59,732 nucleotides of DNA from Clostridia bacterium (GCA_017453165.1 JAFTKR010000018.1:1-59732), one strand, 5' to 3'; shown: positions 17,554 through 27,954, numbered from the stretch's first letter. Notes: generated by a model from the sequence alone, not told the origin. Program-made: numbers and translations.

Positions 17554-18723
17554 ATGAGAGAATTTATCAATCAAAAAACGAAAGATTTACAACCGAGCGG
17601 GATCCGTAAATTCTTCGATATCGTAAAGACGACGGAGGGCGCCATCTCCCTCGGCGTAGGCGAGCCAGATTTCGTCACGCCTTGGAAGGTACGCGCGGCT
17701 GCGATCACTGCTTTACAGCGCGGTTATACGCAATACACGGGGAATCGTGGCTTACCTGAACTTTTAGAGCTAATTTCCCGATATCTCTCCGAACGATTCG
17801 CGCTCGACTACGCCCCCAATAACGTACTCGTAACAGTAGGCGGAAGCGAAGCAATCGATTTGGCGTTACGCGCTTGCGTAGAAATTGGGGACGAAATTTT
17901 AATCCCCGATCCGTCTTACGTATCTTACGCGCCTTGCGTAAGCTTGTCGGGCGGTGTGCCTGTGAAAGTCGAATGTCAGGAAGAAAACGGCTTTATCGTC
18001 ACCCCTGAACTGCTTGAAAAATCGATCACCCCCAAGACCAAGGCGCTCATTTTTACCTATCCTAACAATCCGACGGGCGCGATTATGACCAAGGAACAGC
18101 TCGAAAAGATCGTAGACGTAATTATTCGCCACGACTTACTCGTCGTCTCCGACGAAATTTACGCGGAACTCACCTACGGCAGACGGCACGTGTCCATCGC
18201 AACCCTGCCGGGCATGAAAGAACGAACGATCTACGTCGGCGGATTTTCCAAAGCGTTCGCTATGACCGGTTGGCGGTTGGGGTTTGCCTGCGCGCCCGCC
18301 GAAATCGACAACGCAATGTTTAAAATCCATCAATACACTATGCTTTGCGCGCCAACCATGAGCCAGTACGCCGCAATCGAAGCTTTGAAGGACGGATTTT
18401 CGGATAACTTTTCGACGGTGGAAGAAATGCGGGAATCGTACGACAAGCGCCGTCGGTTCGTCTTACATTCCATTCAAGAGGTCGGGTTGACCTGTTTTGA
18501 ACCGCAAGGAGCTTTCTACGCCTTTCCGTCCGTCAAAAACAGCGGACTCACGGGGGAAGAATTTGCGGAAGCGTTATTAAAAGAAGAAAAGGTGGCGGTC
18601 GTACCCGGTAGCGCGTTCGGACAGTTTGGGAAAAACAACGTTCGGATCTCGTACGCGACGGGTATGAAATCTCTCGATCAGGCGTTTGAGCGGATCGGCG
18701 CGTTTTTGAAAAATCGAAAATAA
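17554..18723 (+). CDS. Class I/II PLP-dependent aminotransferase
   Basis: It has the PLP-lysine motif SKAFAMTGWRLG and the NPTG motif (YPNNPTGAIM). It is paired with an Lrp-type regulator. Confidence 0.85.
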   Translation: MREFINQKTKDLQPSGIRKFFDIVKTTEGAISLGVGEPDFVTPWKVRAAAITALQRGYTQYTGNRGLPELLELISRYLSERFALDYAPNNVLVTVGGSEAIDLALRACVEIGDEILIPDPSYVSYAPCVSLSGGVPVKVECQEENGFIVTPELLEKSITPKTKALIFTYPNNPTGAIMTKEQLEKIVDVIIRHDLLVVSDEIYAELTYGRRHVSIATLPGMKERTIYVGGFSKAFAMTGWRLGFACAPAEIDNAMFKIHQYTMLCAPTMSQYAAIEALKDGFSDNFSTVEEMRESYDKRRRFVLHSIQEVGLTCFEPQGAFYAFPSVKNSGLTGEEFAEALLKEEKVAVVPGSAFGQFGKNNVRISYATGMKSLDQAFERIGAFLKNRK

Positions 18724-18799
18724 CAGGCAAAAAAGGGCAAAAAAACACTAAAAAAGCGTAAAAATCACCTTTTTTTCAATTTTTGCAAGGAGTTTTTTA

Positions 18800-18828
18800 T
18801 TGACAAACTTTAAAAAATGCGTTATAAT
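18800..18828 (+). promoter_or_regulatory. Consensus sigma-A promoter upstream of greA
   Basis: TTGACA, 17 nt spacer, TATAAT. A leader of about 150 nt follows. Confidence 0.65.
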
Positions 18829-18979
18829 GTGAATAGTAAATAAATTCGCCGTGGCTTTTTCGGAAGAAATAAGTCACGGTTGTATTTTGGCGTTCTAAAA
18901 AAAGAACGGTTTTTTCGGCGACGTGGTTCGGTTTTTCGCGATTCGAAAACGGTTACTTTAAGAACGAAAAGGAGTTTTT

Positions 18980-19450
18980 ATGGCAGAACAAAAATTTTAC
19001 ATGACACAAAAAGGCTACGACGACGCAGTGGAACGTTTGAAATATTTGCAAACGATTAAACGCGAAGAAATCGTAGAAAGAATCGCAGAAGCGCGGGGAC
19101 ACGGCGACCTTTCCGAAAACGCGGAATACGACGCAGCGCGCAACGAACAAGCCTCCAACGAAGGGGAAATCGTAGAACTTGACTACAAGATCAAGAACGC
19201 AGTTATTATCGAAGAAAACGCGGACACGTCTTTCGTGCATATCGGCTCGAAAGTTACCGTTTACGACTTCGATCTCGACGAATCGGAAGTATACGAAATC
19301 ACGGGTTCGACGGAATCCAACGTAATGGAAAACAAAATTTCCAACGAATCCCCCGTCGGCGCAGCGCTTTTAAAGCATAAAGTCGGCGACGTCGTTTCCG
19401 TAAACGCACCTGACGGCGCTTACAAGCTCCGTATCGACGAAATCGCGTAA
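18980..19450 (+). CDS. greA: Transcription elongation factor GreA
   Basis: The sequence has the N-terminal coiled-coil with the acidic tip (GDLSENAEYDAAR) and the C-terminal FKBP-like domain. Confidence 0.95.
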   Translation: MAEQKFYMTQKGYDDAVERLKYLQTIKREEIVERIAEARGHGDLSENAEYDAARNEQASNEGEIVELDYKIKNAVIIEENADTSFVHIGSKVTVYDFDLDESEVYEITGSTESNVMENKISNESPVGAALLKHKVGDVVSVNAPDGAYKLRIDEIA

Positions 19451-19518
19451 ATCACCCACCCATGTACGCGTTGAACGAAAATAATCAACGCGAAAAATAA
19501 CACGTAAGGATGACAGTT

Positions 19519-21024
19519 ATGCAAGAAAATAACGTAAACAACACCCAAGAGGAAGAAGAACAACTCATCGAACAGGCGAGAATCCGTCGCGAAAAACTCG
19601 CAAAGCTTGTTTCCGAAGGGAAGAACCCGTACGAACAAGTCAAGTACCCTGTTGATAGCGATTCAAAAACGGTAAAAGAAAATTTTGAATCGTACGAAGG
19701 CAAGACGGTTGCGATGGCAGGACGAATCATGTCGCGTAGAATCATGGGCAAGGCGTCCTTCTCCCATATTTCGGATAAGAGCGGATCTATTCAGATCTAC
19801 GTCACCCGTCAAGATATCGGCGAAGAAAATTATATGTCCTATAAAAAAGACTACGATATCGGCGATATCGTAGGATTCAAAGGTTTCGTTTTCAAAACGC
19901 AAACGGGGGAAATTTCGGTACACGTTACCGAGCTTATTTTGCTCACGAAATCCCTGTTGCCGTTACCCGAAAAGTATAACGGACTTCAAAACCAAGATTT
20001 GAAATACCGTTTGCGCCATCTTGACCTTATTATGAACGACGAAGTAAAGCAAACTTTCCGACTTCGTTCAAAGATTTTAAAAGAAATCCGCGCTTACCTT
20101 GACGGTTTGGGATATTTGGAAGTAGACACCCCCACCCTTCTCCCCTTGGAGATCGGCGCGGACGCGCGTCCTTTCAAAACCCATCACAACGCGCTCGATT
20201 TGGATATGTATATGCGCGTTGAAACGGAATTGTTCTTGAAGCGTTTGATCGTCGGCGGACTCGATCGCGTTTACGAAGTCGGTCGAATCTTCCGTAACGA
20301 AGGTATGGACGCCTACCACAACCCCGAATTCACGTCGATTGAAATGTACCAAGCGTATAGCGATTACTTCGAGATGATGGATTTGATCGAAGACCTTTAC
20401 AAGACGGTCACAAAGAGCGTATGCGGTACGCTTGACATCACTTACCAAGGCACGGAAATCCACATGGGCGAATGGTCGCGTATGACGATGGCGGAATCGG
20501 TGAAAAAGTACGCAGGCGTAGACTACGCGGACTGGGCGACGGACGAAGACGCAAGAGCGGTCGCAAAGGAAAAGGGCTTGGAACTCGAACACGGCGAAGA
20601 ATCGACGAAAGGTCACGTCTTAATCGACTTCTTCGACGCGTACGTAGAAGACAAGCTTATTCAACCCACGATCATTTACGATTATCCCGTAGAAAACTCT
20701 CCGCTCGCAAAGCGTAAACCGTCCAACCCTGCGTTCACGGAACGTTTTGAATATTTCATTTGCGGTCACGAATACGGCAACGCGTTCTCGGAACTCAACG
20801 ATCCGATCGACCAAAAGCAACGTATGATGAAGCAAGTCGAAGCGAAACGCGCGAAAGGCAACACCACCGCGCAAATCGATGAAGATTTCATCAACGCGCT
20901 GGAATACGGTTTGCCCCCCACAGGTGGGTTAGGGCTTGGTTTGGACCGTTTCGTAATGCTCCTTACCGACAGTTCCACCATCCGTGACGTTATTCTCTTC
21001 CCGACCATGAAACCGAAGAAATAA
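19519..21024 (+). CDS. lysS: Lysine--tRNA ligase (class II)
   Basis: It has an OB anticodon domain and class II motifs (RVYEVGRIFRNEG; GLGLGLDRFVMLL). It follows greA, as in Bacillota. The start is 19519 (SD AAGGA) or 19510. Confidence 0.95.
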   Translation: MQENNVNNTQEEEEQLIEQARIRREKLAKLVSEGKNPYEQVKYPVDSDSKTVKENFESYEGKTVAMAGRIMSRRIMGKASFSHISDKSGSIQIYVTRQDIGEENYMSYKKDYDIGDIVGFKGFVFKTQTGEISVHVTELILLTKSLLPLPEKYNGLQNQDLKYRLRHLDLIMNDEVKQTFRLRSKILKEIRAYLDGLGYLEVDTPTLLPLEIGADARPFKTHHNALDLDMYMRVETELFLKRLIVGGLDRVYEVGRIFRNEGMDAYHNPEFTSIEMYQAYSDYFEMMDLIEDLYKTVTKSVCGTLDITYQGTEIHMGEWSRMTMAESVKKYAGVDYADWATDEDARAVAKEKGLELEHGEESTKGHVLIDFFDAYVEDKLIQPTIIYDYPVENSPLAKRKPSNPAFTERFEYFICGHEYGNAFSELNDPIDQKQRMMKQVEAKRAKGNTTAQIDEDFINALEYGLPPTGGLGLGLDRFVMLLTDSSTIRDVILFPTMKPKK

Positions 21025-21041
21025 TTTCAGTCAATAAAAAT

Positions 21042-21083
21042 ACGCTCTACAAAGACGAAAGGTCGGCGTAGAGCGTTTTCTAT
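21042..21083 (+). terminator. Intrinsic terminator after lysS
   Basis: The stem is ACGCTCTAC / GTAGAGCGT, followed by TTTCTATT. Confidence 0.65.
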
Positions 21084-21226
21084 TCGTTTAAATTCCTTTC
21101 CTTGTGAAAAATTTGCGAATTTTTTATAAAAAATTCGGCGTTTTGCAAAAGAGCGCAAACAACTGCTTGCAAAACTCTGCGTTTTCGGTTAAAATAGATA
21201 GGTAACCAATCTAAATGGAGAAAATT

Positions 21227-22222
21227 ATGGACGCAAAAATTACGAAACAACGGCTCAGTCAAATGCTTTCCTACGACTGGCTGAAAATCATTCTTTCGAT
21301 CGCCGCAGGGATTCTCGTTTGGTCGCTCGTTTTCACGACGACCGCTACGCGGATCAAGCCGTCGCAATCGTTCGGAATCTTCAACTATCTCGGCTCTTCC
21401 GTCTCAACAAAATTCAACGACTACGCCGACCAACCCCAACTCTTTTCCTACGAAGTTTTGGAAGTGAGCGCGCAGGATTTGAACGTGTCGGGCGATCAGT
21501 ACGCTTTCCAAATCATGGAAGCAAGACTCGCAACGGACGAAGCGGACGTCATGTTCGTCGCGAATATCGACGGCGGATATCTCGAATATATGGAAAACGG
21601 CGAAACGAAGAAAGCCACCTATCTCGAAGATTTCTTGTACCGCTACTACGCCTACGCCTACCGTTTAGACGACGCAGACGGGCAAAAGGGGTACTTGACG
21701 CAAATGAAAGAGTATTTGAACGGGTACTATAACGGCGACTATACCAACGCCAACGGACTTGACGCGCAAAAAGTCGAATCCGATTTTAGAGCCCGCGCAA
21801 AACAAAACAAGGATAAACGCTATAAAACGGAAGAAAAAATCCAACAAGGCGTACAAGACGATATTCAACGTATTCAATCCTACCGTCAATCTCTCGTTGA
21901 TTTTTACGAATACTTGGATAAGGGCTATATCCAATTAACCCAAGAAACTTTACACTTTACGGATAATAACGGTCAACCCCACGATATCACGGGTTATTTC
22001 TCCATCAATCTTTGCCCGAACGAAGAAACGATGGGCGAATTGAAAAGCGAAGTGTATTACCGCGTCACGGACGAAGAAACCGAACAAATGAAATCCACGG
22101 CGCTCAATATGAATCTCGTCGTTATCAACGACGTGAAAACCGAATCGGGATTTGAATTTGAACGGTTGGGCTTCGTCACCCAGCTCGTACGGAAATACTG
22201 TAGTGAGTTGAAAACCGCATAA
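21227..22222 (+). CDS. Hypothetical membrane-anchored protein
   Basis: The ATG at 21227 has SD GGAG. It has a single N-terminal TM helix (WLKIILSIAAGILVWSLVF) and a large extracytoplasmic domain. I recognise no family. Confidence 0.5.
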   Translation: MDAKITKQRLSQMLSYDWLKIILSIAAGILVWSLVFTTTATRIKPSQSFGIFNYLGSSVSTKFNDYADQPQLFSYEVLEVSAQDLNVSGDQYAFQIMEARLATDEADVMFVANIDGGYLEYMENGETKKATYLEDFLYRYYAYAYRLDDADGQKGYLTQMKEYLNGYYNGDYTNANGLDAQKVESDFRARAKQNKDKRYKTEEKIQQGVQDDIQRIQSYRQSLVDFYEYLDKGYIQLTQETLHFTDNNGQPHDITGYFSINLCPNEETMGELKSEVYYRVTDEETEQMKSTALNMNLVVINDVKTESGFEFERLGFVTQLVRKYCSELKTA

Positions 22223-22248
22223 ATAAAAACAAAGGGGGCAGGTACGAG

Positions 22249-23544
22249 ATGAACGCATTTTTGCAGAATAAAAAAACGCTTAAAAAATGCAAAATCTATA
22301 CCATGCTCTCTTCTTCTAAAAAACATCTTTCCTTTCACACGCCAGGACATAAAGTCGGGAAATGGGATTTGACCGAACTTTCCTTTTCAGACAATTTATC
22401 CGCGCCGAAAGGCTGTATACGGGAAGCGGAAGAAGATATTACCGCAATCCTTGAAAGCGAAAAAAGCTTCCTTTTAACGGACGGAAGCACGGCAGGCGTA
22501 CTTTCCATGCTCTACGCGATAAAACTGCTTGGCGCGAAAAAACTTGCTTTCCCCGTTCATTCTCATAAGAGCGTATACAACGGTTGCGCGCTCTTGGGGC
22601 TTACCCCCGTCACTTTCGATTTATCCGTGACAGACGACGGCATCCCCACGCAGGTGGCGAAAAAAGACGTTTTACCTGCGCTTGAACAAGCCGACGCCCT
22701 TTTGCTTACGTCCCCCGATTATTACGGGAATATCCCCGACTTGAAGGACTTGCAAAGCATTTGCAAAACACAAAGCAAATTCCTTTTAATCGACGGGGCG
22801 CACGGCGGACACTTACATTTTGAAAAAACGCTTTACGCAGGCGCTTACGCCGATTTTTGGGTGGACGGCGTACATAAAAATTTACCTGCCTTTACCCAAG
22901 GCGCAGTGGTTTCCACCAAGAAAAAAGATTACGTTTCCGCCCTGCAAACGGCAGTAGACGTGTTCCGAACAACGAGTCCGTCCTATCCCATTATGGCGTC
23001 CGTCGAATACGCGGTCAAATTCCCAAGAAACGAAGCTTTAGAATTTGCCGTAAAAGAATTTTCAAAAAAGCACCCCGACTTCGTTCGACTGCAAGAAGAT
23101 TGGACGAAACTTTGTATACTCTTTGGCAAAGACGCGTTTGAGATCGAAAAACGGTTGGAAGAACAAGGGATCTACGCCGAATTTTGCGACGGGAATTTGA
23201 TTCTATTCTACCTTTCCCCTGCAACGAAGAAAGGGGACTTTAAAAGGCTTTGCGCCGTCTTGGAAAAGGAGTTTGCAAGATTGGGGAAACCGAGCGTTCA
23301 ACTCGTACCTACCCCCACCGTTTTCAAAAAAATTCCTGAAAACGCGGTTGTGGAATGGGTAACGCCCAAGGACGGAATCGGCAGGGTTTGCGCGCGCGCG
23401 TTCGGATTGTTTCCGCCCTGCATACCGCTCGTTCGGGTAGGGGAAATCATTACGAAAGAAAAAATTGAATTATTGGAAAACGCGCCGAACGTATTTGGGC
23501 TTCGAGAACAAAAAATCGGCGTCTTAAAGGAAGAAGAATTATGA
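22249..23544 (+). CDS. Orn/Lys/Arg decarboxylase-fold PLP enzyme (YaaO-like)
   Basis: It has the SFHTPGHK motif and a PLP-fold core, and it lies immediately upstream of tmk, as yaaO does in Bacillus. An alternative start is at 22303. Confidence 0.75.
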   Translation: MNAFLQNKKTLKKCKIYTMLSSSKKHLSFHTPGHKVGKWDLTELSFSDNLSAPKGCIREAEEDITAILESEKSFLLTDGSTAGVLSMLYAIKLLGAKKLAFPVHSHKSVYNGCALLGLTPVTFDLSVTDDGIPTQVAKKDVLPALEQADALLLTSPDYYGNIPDLKDLQSICKTQSKFLLIDGAHGGHLHFEKTLYAGAYADFWVDGVHKNLPAFTQGAVVSTKKKDYVSALQTAVDVFRTTSPSYPIMASVEYAVKFPRNEALEFAVKEFSKKHPDFVRLQEDWTKLCILFGKDAFEIEKRLEEQGIYAEFCDGNLILFYLSPATKKGDFKRLCAVLEKEFARLGKPSVQLVPTPTVFKKIPENAVVEWVTPKDGIGRVCARAFGLFPPCIPLVRVGEIITKEKIELLENAPNVFGLREQKIGVLKEEEL

Positions 23545-24164
23545 AAAAAGGGAAATTTATCACTTTTGAAGGTTGCGACGGATGCGGAAAAAGCACGCAG
23601 TTAAAACTTTTAAGCGACTATTTGACGGAACAAGACGTACCCCATATCTTCACCCGCGAACCGGGCGGTGGAAAAATTTCCGAAGCCATTCGCGAAATTT
23701 TATTGAACGGTAAAAATTCGGAAATGACGGACGCCTGCGAAGCGCTCTTATACGCCGCGGCGCGCGTACAACATTTACACGACCGCGTCCAACCCGCTTT
23801 GGACGAAGGGAAACTCGTGGTTTGTGACCGCTACGTGGATTCGTCGTTCGCCTATCAAGCGTACGCCCGTGGTTTGGGCGTAGATTTTATCGGCAAAATC
23901 AACGCTTACGCGATAGAAAATTACTCCCCCGACGTGACGATTTTTATCGACCTTTCCCCCGAAGACGCGTTTAAGAGAAAGCACGGCGCGGACGAAAACG
24001 ACCGACTTGAACAAGCGGGAATGGAATTCCATAAACGTGTTTACGAAGGATATCTGGAAATCGCAAAAAAGGAAAGTCGCGTTGCCGTGATCGACGGCAA
24101 ACAAACACCCGACGGTGTATTTGAGTCCGTTTTAAAAGTCTTGAAAGACCGCAATTGTTTATAA
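23541..24164 (+). CDS. tmk: Thymidylate kinase
   Basis: It has the P-loop FEGCDGCGKSTQ and the DRY motif (CDRYVDSS). Its start overlaps the upstream stop in an ATGA arrangement. Confidence 0.95.
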   Translation: MKKGKFITFEGCDGCGKSTQLKLLSDYLTEQDVPHIFTREPGGGKISEAIREILLNGKNSEMTDACEALLYAAARVQHLHDRVQPALDEGKLVVCDRYVDSSFAYQAYARGLGVDFIGKINAYAIENYSPDVTIFIDLSPEDAFKRKHGADENDRLEQAGMEFHKRVYEGYLEIAKKESRVAVIDGKQTPDGVFESVLKVLKDRNCL

Positions 24165-24184
24165 TTTTAGGATAGAGCATCACT

Positions 24185-24691
24185 ATGGAAAACGAAATTA
24201 TCGGACAAACGCTATCCGTCATCGCCATGGCGTTAATGTTTATTTCCTATCAAGTAAAAGATCAAAAAAACTTATTGATAATACAATCCATAGGAACGGG
24301 ATTTACCGCTATAAGTTTTTTGTTTTTAAACGCAATGAGCGCGTTCTTGCTTAATATCGTTTGTATCATACGGAACGTTATCTTTTATTTTCAAAACGAC
24401 AAAAGCAAATATTCGCGTACGATCGCCGTAGTTTTAGCAATCGTAATGTGCTCAGTAGGCGCGCTTTCTTGGCAGGGCTACCACTCTCTTTTAATAATTA
24501 TCGCACTCGCTCTCAATACATTTTTTATGTCTTACGGTGATCCGCAACTTTTAAGAAAGAGTATCCCTTTTACGTCTACTTTGACAATGACGCATAATAT
24601 AATCGTGCTTTCCATCGGCGGGATTTGTAGCGAATTTTTCTCGATTTTATCTTCTATAATCGGCATTATTCGTTATCGCAAAAAACAATAA
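24185..24691 (+). CDS. Small integral membrane protein, YgjV-like
   Basis: It has 5-6 TM helices. The N-terminal half resembles the YgjV/PQ-loop-like family. The family assignment is tentative. Confidence 0.5.
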   Translation: MENEIIGQTLSVIAMALMFISYQVKDQKNLLIIQSIGTGFTAISFLFLNAMSAFLLNIVCIIRNVIFYFQNDKSKYSRTIAVVLAIVMCSVGALSWQGYHSLLIIIALALNTFFMSYGDPQLLRKSIPFTSTLTMTHNIIVLSIGGICSEFFSILSSIIGIIRYRKKQ

Positions 24692-24698
24692 ATTCAAT

Positions 24699-24736
24699 AC
24701 GCCCCATCCTATTGCCGTAGGATGGGGCGTATTTTA
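24699..24736. terminator. Bidirectional intrinsic terminator
   Basis: The stem is ACGCCCCATCCT / AGGATGGGGCGT with loop ATTGCCGT, followed by ATTTTA. Confidence 0.8.
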
Positions 24737-24757
24737 TATTTGTTTTACTTATAGATA

Positions 24758-25816
24758 TTATTCACATACGTCTACGGAAGTTACGCCCGTTTTCATCACG
24801 ATTTTTCTAAAAAACGGTACGTACATGGGAATACATTTAAAGAGTTTTAACAGCATTCTAAACTTGATTTTTTTCGCCTTACGGTTATACGATTTTCGGA
24901 TTGTTTTTTCGTTTCCGTTTGCAAGATTAAAAGCGGTTGCCAAATCCTTTCCGCTTATTAGTGCCGAACTGATGCCTTCCAATCCACTTGGAGAAACGAA
25001 GCCTGCCGATTCACCAATTAAGAACGCGTTCTCTTTCCCAAAACAAAACTCTTTTCCGTTTTTCGGTCGTAACACGAAACACGCTTCCGTCTTTATCGGC
25101 TCGCCAAACCGCCACCCGTGTACGGCTAACAGCTCTTTTTGTTTTTCAAACGCCGACCTTGCCGTCTTTTCAGGATACGCACCGCCGAAGATAAACTTCC
25201 CGTCTTTTACGAGCGCCCACGAATAGCAGTCGGTACGTTCCTTATCAAACACGCACGCATAAAACGGTTTTTCATTCTCGTTTTCAAACCATTGTTGTAC
25301 GGACATATACTTCCGAACGCGGAAATTCGGCGCAATAAAATTGCGTACGACGGAATGCGCGCCGTCCGCGCCGACGAGGTATTTCCCTTCCGCCGTCGTC
25401 AAGTTTTCCCCGTCCGAAAACGTCACTTGATAGTTCCCGTTTTCCATGCGTTCTATCTTCGTTACCGCGCCAATTTTCCGTTCTACGTTTTCCCCGATTT
25501 TCAACATTAACCATAAGTCAAACTTATGTCTATCTACGTTTACGTATTCACGGGGATAATGGCGAACGAGCTTAGTTTTTAAATCGATCGTTTTTACGGC
25601 AAAGATTTGCGGATCGACGAGAATTTCCTTAGGCAACGTATCGCCAAGCGACGCCAAAGCTCGTTGCGCGCGAGGGGCGAGCAAACCACCGCACGGCTTC
25701 CTAAAATCCTCTTTCCCTTGTTTTTTATCGATTAGAAGCGCGGAATATTTTTTATCGAGCAATCTTGCAAACGTACTGCCTGCAGGACCGCCCCCTACGA
25801 TGATCACGTCGTACAT
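24758..25816 (-). CDS. FAD-dependent oxidoreductase (geranylgeranyl-reductase-like)
   Basis: It has the N-terminal dinucleotide-binding motif MYDVIIVGGGPAGSTFA and a GADG motif (YLVGADGAHS). Confidence 0.8.
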   Translation of the reverse strand: MYDVIIVGGGPAGSTFARLLDKKYSALLIDKKQGKEDFRKPCGGLLAPRAQRALASLGDTLPKEILVDPQIFAVKTIDLKTKLVRHYPREYVNVDRHKFDLWLMLKIGENVERKIGAVTKIERMENGNYQVTFSDGENLTTAEGKYLVGADGAHSVVRNFIAPNFRVRKYMSVQQWFENENEKPFYACVFDKERTDCYSWALVKDGKFIFGGAYPEKTARSAFEKQKELLAVHGWRFGEPIKTEACFVLRPKNGKEFCFGKENAFLIGESAGFVSPSGLEGISSALISGKDLATAFNLANGNEKTIRKSYNRKAKKIKFRMLLKLFKCIPMYVPFFRKIVMKTGVTSVDVCE

Positions 25817-25861
25817 ACTTTCTCCTTAAAACCTTGTTTTCTTTATGTTTGTTTGAAAAAA

Positions 25862-25916
25862 TTAGAAAAGGTCAAGGGAATCATTCCCTTGTGGGGCGCG
25901 GGGATGAACCCCCGCG
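25862..25916. repeat. Tail-only copy (R7) of the repeat family: two adjacent hairpins
   Basis: AGAAAAGGTCAAGGGAATCATTCCCTTG matches the tail at 48466..48494 with a single substitution. A second, GC-rich hairpin follows: GCGGGG-ATGAA-CCCCGC. Confidence 0.7.
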
Positions 25917-26013
25917 AAAATATTGGACTTAAAAAAGAAAGCGTTAGCTTTCGCCCACGGGCTTTGCCCGTAGTATGGATTCTATCGAAAAGCAAAACGG
26001 CAAACAAATTTTT

Positions 26014-27720
26014 TCAGTTTACACTCTCTTGAGTATGCGCGTTCGGAGTGACGAGCGCCGTTTTGTAATCGGTATACACGACGAAGCCCGCCTTGCTCTT
26101 GGACGGCTTTTTCACAAACCGACGTTCGCAATAATCCACGGGGATTTTGTCGCCGTTTCTGCCATCCGAATAATAGGCGCAAATTTCCGCCGATTTTTTA
26201 ACGACCGATTCGGGAATCTCTTTCCCGTCACGCACGATAACGACGTGCGAAGAATGGTATTTTTGGGTGTGTAGCCATAAATCGTTTTGTCCTGCCGAAC
26301 GCACCAATCGGTCGTTTTGTAAATTGTTTCGACCGGCGTACACGCGAAAGCCTTCGATCTCGTATTCACGGAAGGGGATTTCGACTTCTTTTTTCTTTCC
26401 GCCAGCCCTCTCTTTCGGCGCGTGAAGCAGTCCTAAACCGATAAGTTCCGTTTCGATTTCCTTTAAATCTTGCATCGATTCCGCAAGCGAGATCGCCGAC
26501 GCCACGCTCTCCACGTACGACGCTTCTTTTCGTTCCGTTTCGAGCATTGGCTCTAATACTTCTTTCGCCCGTTTTTGTTTGTTGTACGTTTTAAAATACC
26601 GTTGCGCGTTCTTTTGCGGAGATAAACTCTCGTCCAACGAAATTTTAATCGTGGGGCAGTCCGGTTCGTACCAATTTTCCAACTCGCACTCTTTCATGCC
26701 TTTCGTTAAACGGTACAAGTTTGCCGTCAAAAGCTCTCCCTTCATTTTGTATTCTTCGGCGTTTTCCGAATTTTTCAAACGGTCAAAAACGTCCTGCAAA
26801 CGCTTCGCCTGTTTCTTTTTCAAAGAACGAATCGCGCTTTCAAGCTTTCGCTTTTTATTCTCAAATCCCTTTTTCGTTTCCCGATAGGTGTAAAATTCGT
26901 CCTCTGCCCTGCAAAGCGACGTAGCTGGAATCCCCCCGTTTACGGGGAACGCGAAAAAGTCGATCGGCGCGCCGTCTTGGTAGAGTACGCACGGCTCGAT
27001 TGGCAAATGCAAACAGGCGTGGGGCAGAGTTTCGTCCAAGCCGTCTACACCTAACTTTTCTACGAGCATACGTACGGTGGAATAGGCAAACCCCGACACG
27101 TTCTCGAAAATAAAGCGAGCAAAGTCGTCTTTATCGATATTTTCCGCGCCGTTGTCCACTCTTGCCAAACGGTAATTTTCTATCAAAATTCGCATACCTG
27201 CCCCGTCGAAAACGGAAATTTTCTCTTGTGGAGCAGGGTATTCGTACTTTGCGCCAGAAAAGAGAATACGGCGGGTAGAATCGTCCAAGCTCGTCGATTT
27301 TAACGCGCCTAAAATTACCCCGTTTTCCGTCAAAACGATATTTGAATATTTTCCCATCAGTTCGCAAACGAGCGTACGATTACAGTCGGAAAAATCGCTC
27401 GTACAATGCAATTCAATCTCAATAATCCGTTCAAACTCACGTTGTTTTACGGATAAGATTTCCGCGCCGAGTAAGTGTTTGCGAAGTAACATACAAAAAT
27501 TCGGCGCAATCGGAGCAGGCTCTTTTTCGACCGCCGACAAACAAACTCTCGCATTTGAAGCATTTGTGCTTAAAATGAGTTTAACCGTGGCTTTTCCTGT
27601 GTATATAATTAGAGTGAGCTCGTCTTTATCGACTTGAGAAACGCGATTGACCTTTCCGCCAACGAGCAAAATATTCAGTTCTTCCGCGATGCGACGGATA
27701 TGGAAAGCGTCTTGGGGCAT
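26014..27720 (-). CDS. rqcH: Ribosome quality-control NFACT-family protein (RqcH / FbpA-like)
   Basis: It has an NFACT-N N-terminus (DAFHIRRIAEELN..GGKVNRVSQ), a coiled-coil middle region and an NFACT-R C-terminal domain (WLHTQKYHSSHVVI). Confidence 0.85.
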   Translation of the reverse strand: MPQDAFHIRRIAEELNILLVGGKVNRVSQVDKDELTLIIYTGKATVKLILSTNASNARVCLSAVEKEPAPIAPNFCMLLRKHLLGAEILSVKQREFERIIEIELHCTSDFSDCNRTLVCELMGKYSNIVLTENGVILGALKSTSLDDSTRRILFSGAKYEYPAPQEKISVFDGAGMRILIENYRLARVDNGAENIDKDDFARFIFENVSGFAYSTVRMLVEKLGVDGLDETLPHACLHLPIEPCVLYQDGAPIDFFAFPVNGGIPATSLCRAEDEFYTYRETKKGFENKKRKLESAIRSLKKKQAKRLQDVFDRLKNSENAEEYKMKGELLTANLYRLTKGMKECELENWYEPDCPTIKISLDESLSPQKNAQRYFKTYNKQKRAKEVLEPMLETERKEASYVESVASAISLAESMQDLKEIETELIGLGLLHAPKERAGGKKKEVEIPFREYEIEGFRVYAGRNNLQNDRLVRSAGQNDLWLHTQKYHSSHVVIVRDGKEIPESVVKKSAEICAYYSDGRNGDKIPVDYCERRFVKKPSKSKAGFVVYTDYKTALVTPNAHTQESVN

Positions 27721-27954
27721 AAAATCTCCTTTAATTCAATTCGACGAAAAACGACTTAGTTCGTCGAAAAAAAGTCGATGAAAAAACTTCTTTTCATAAA
27801 TTATAGCGTAAATTTCAAAAATTGTAAACAAAAACGCTTTATTTTCTTTAATAAATGTGGTAAAATGTAGCGGATAGGGTAATTTTTCTTGATTTCAAGA
27901 ATAAAAACCTACGAAAAGATAAAAAAATCAGTTTGATTTAGGAGAATATTCATC

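Noticed and set aside
19451-19518. T-box or other leader upstream of lysS
   Set aside because: The gap is only 68 nt, which is too short for a T-box. The hairpin CGCGTTGA-N10-TCAACGCG belongs to the short-motif family and is not followed by a T-run. greA and lysS are probably co-transcribed.
25865-25880. CtsR operator resemblance (GGTCAAG in the AAAAGGTCAAGGG hairpin module)
   Set aside because: The CtsR operator is a direct repeat of the heptad GGTCAAA separated by 3 nt. Here there is only a single imperfect heptad, and it is not upstream of clpP, clpX or lon.
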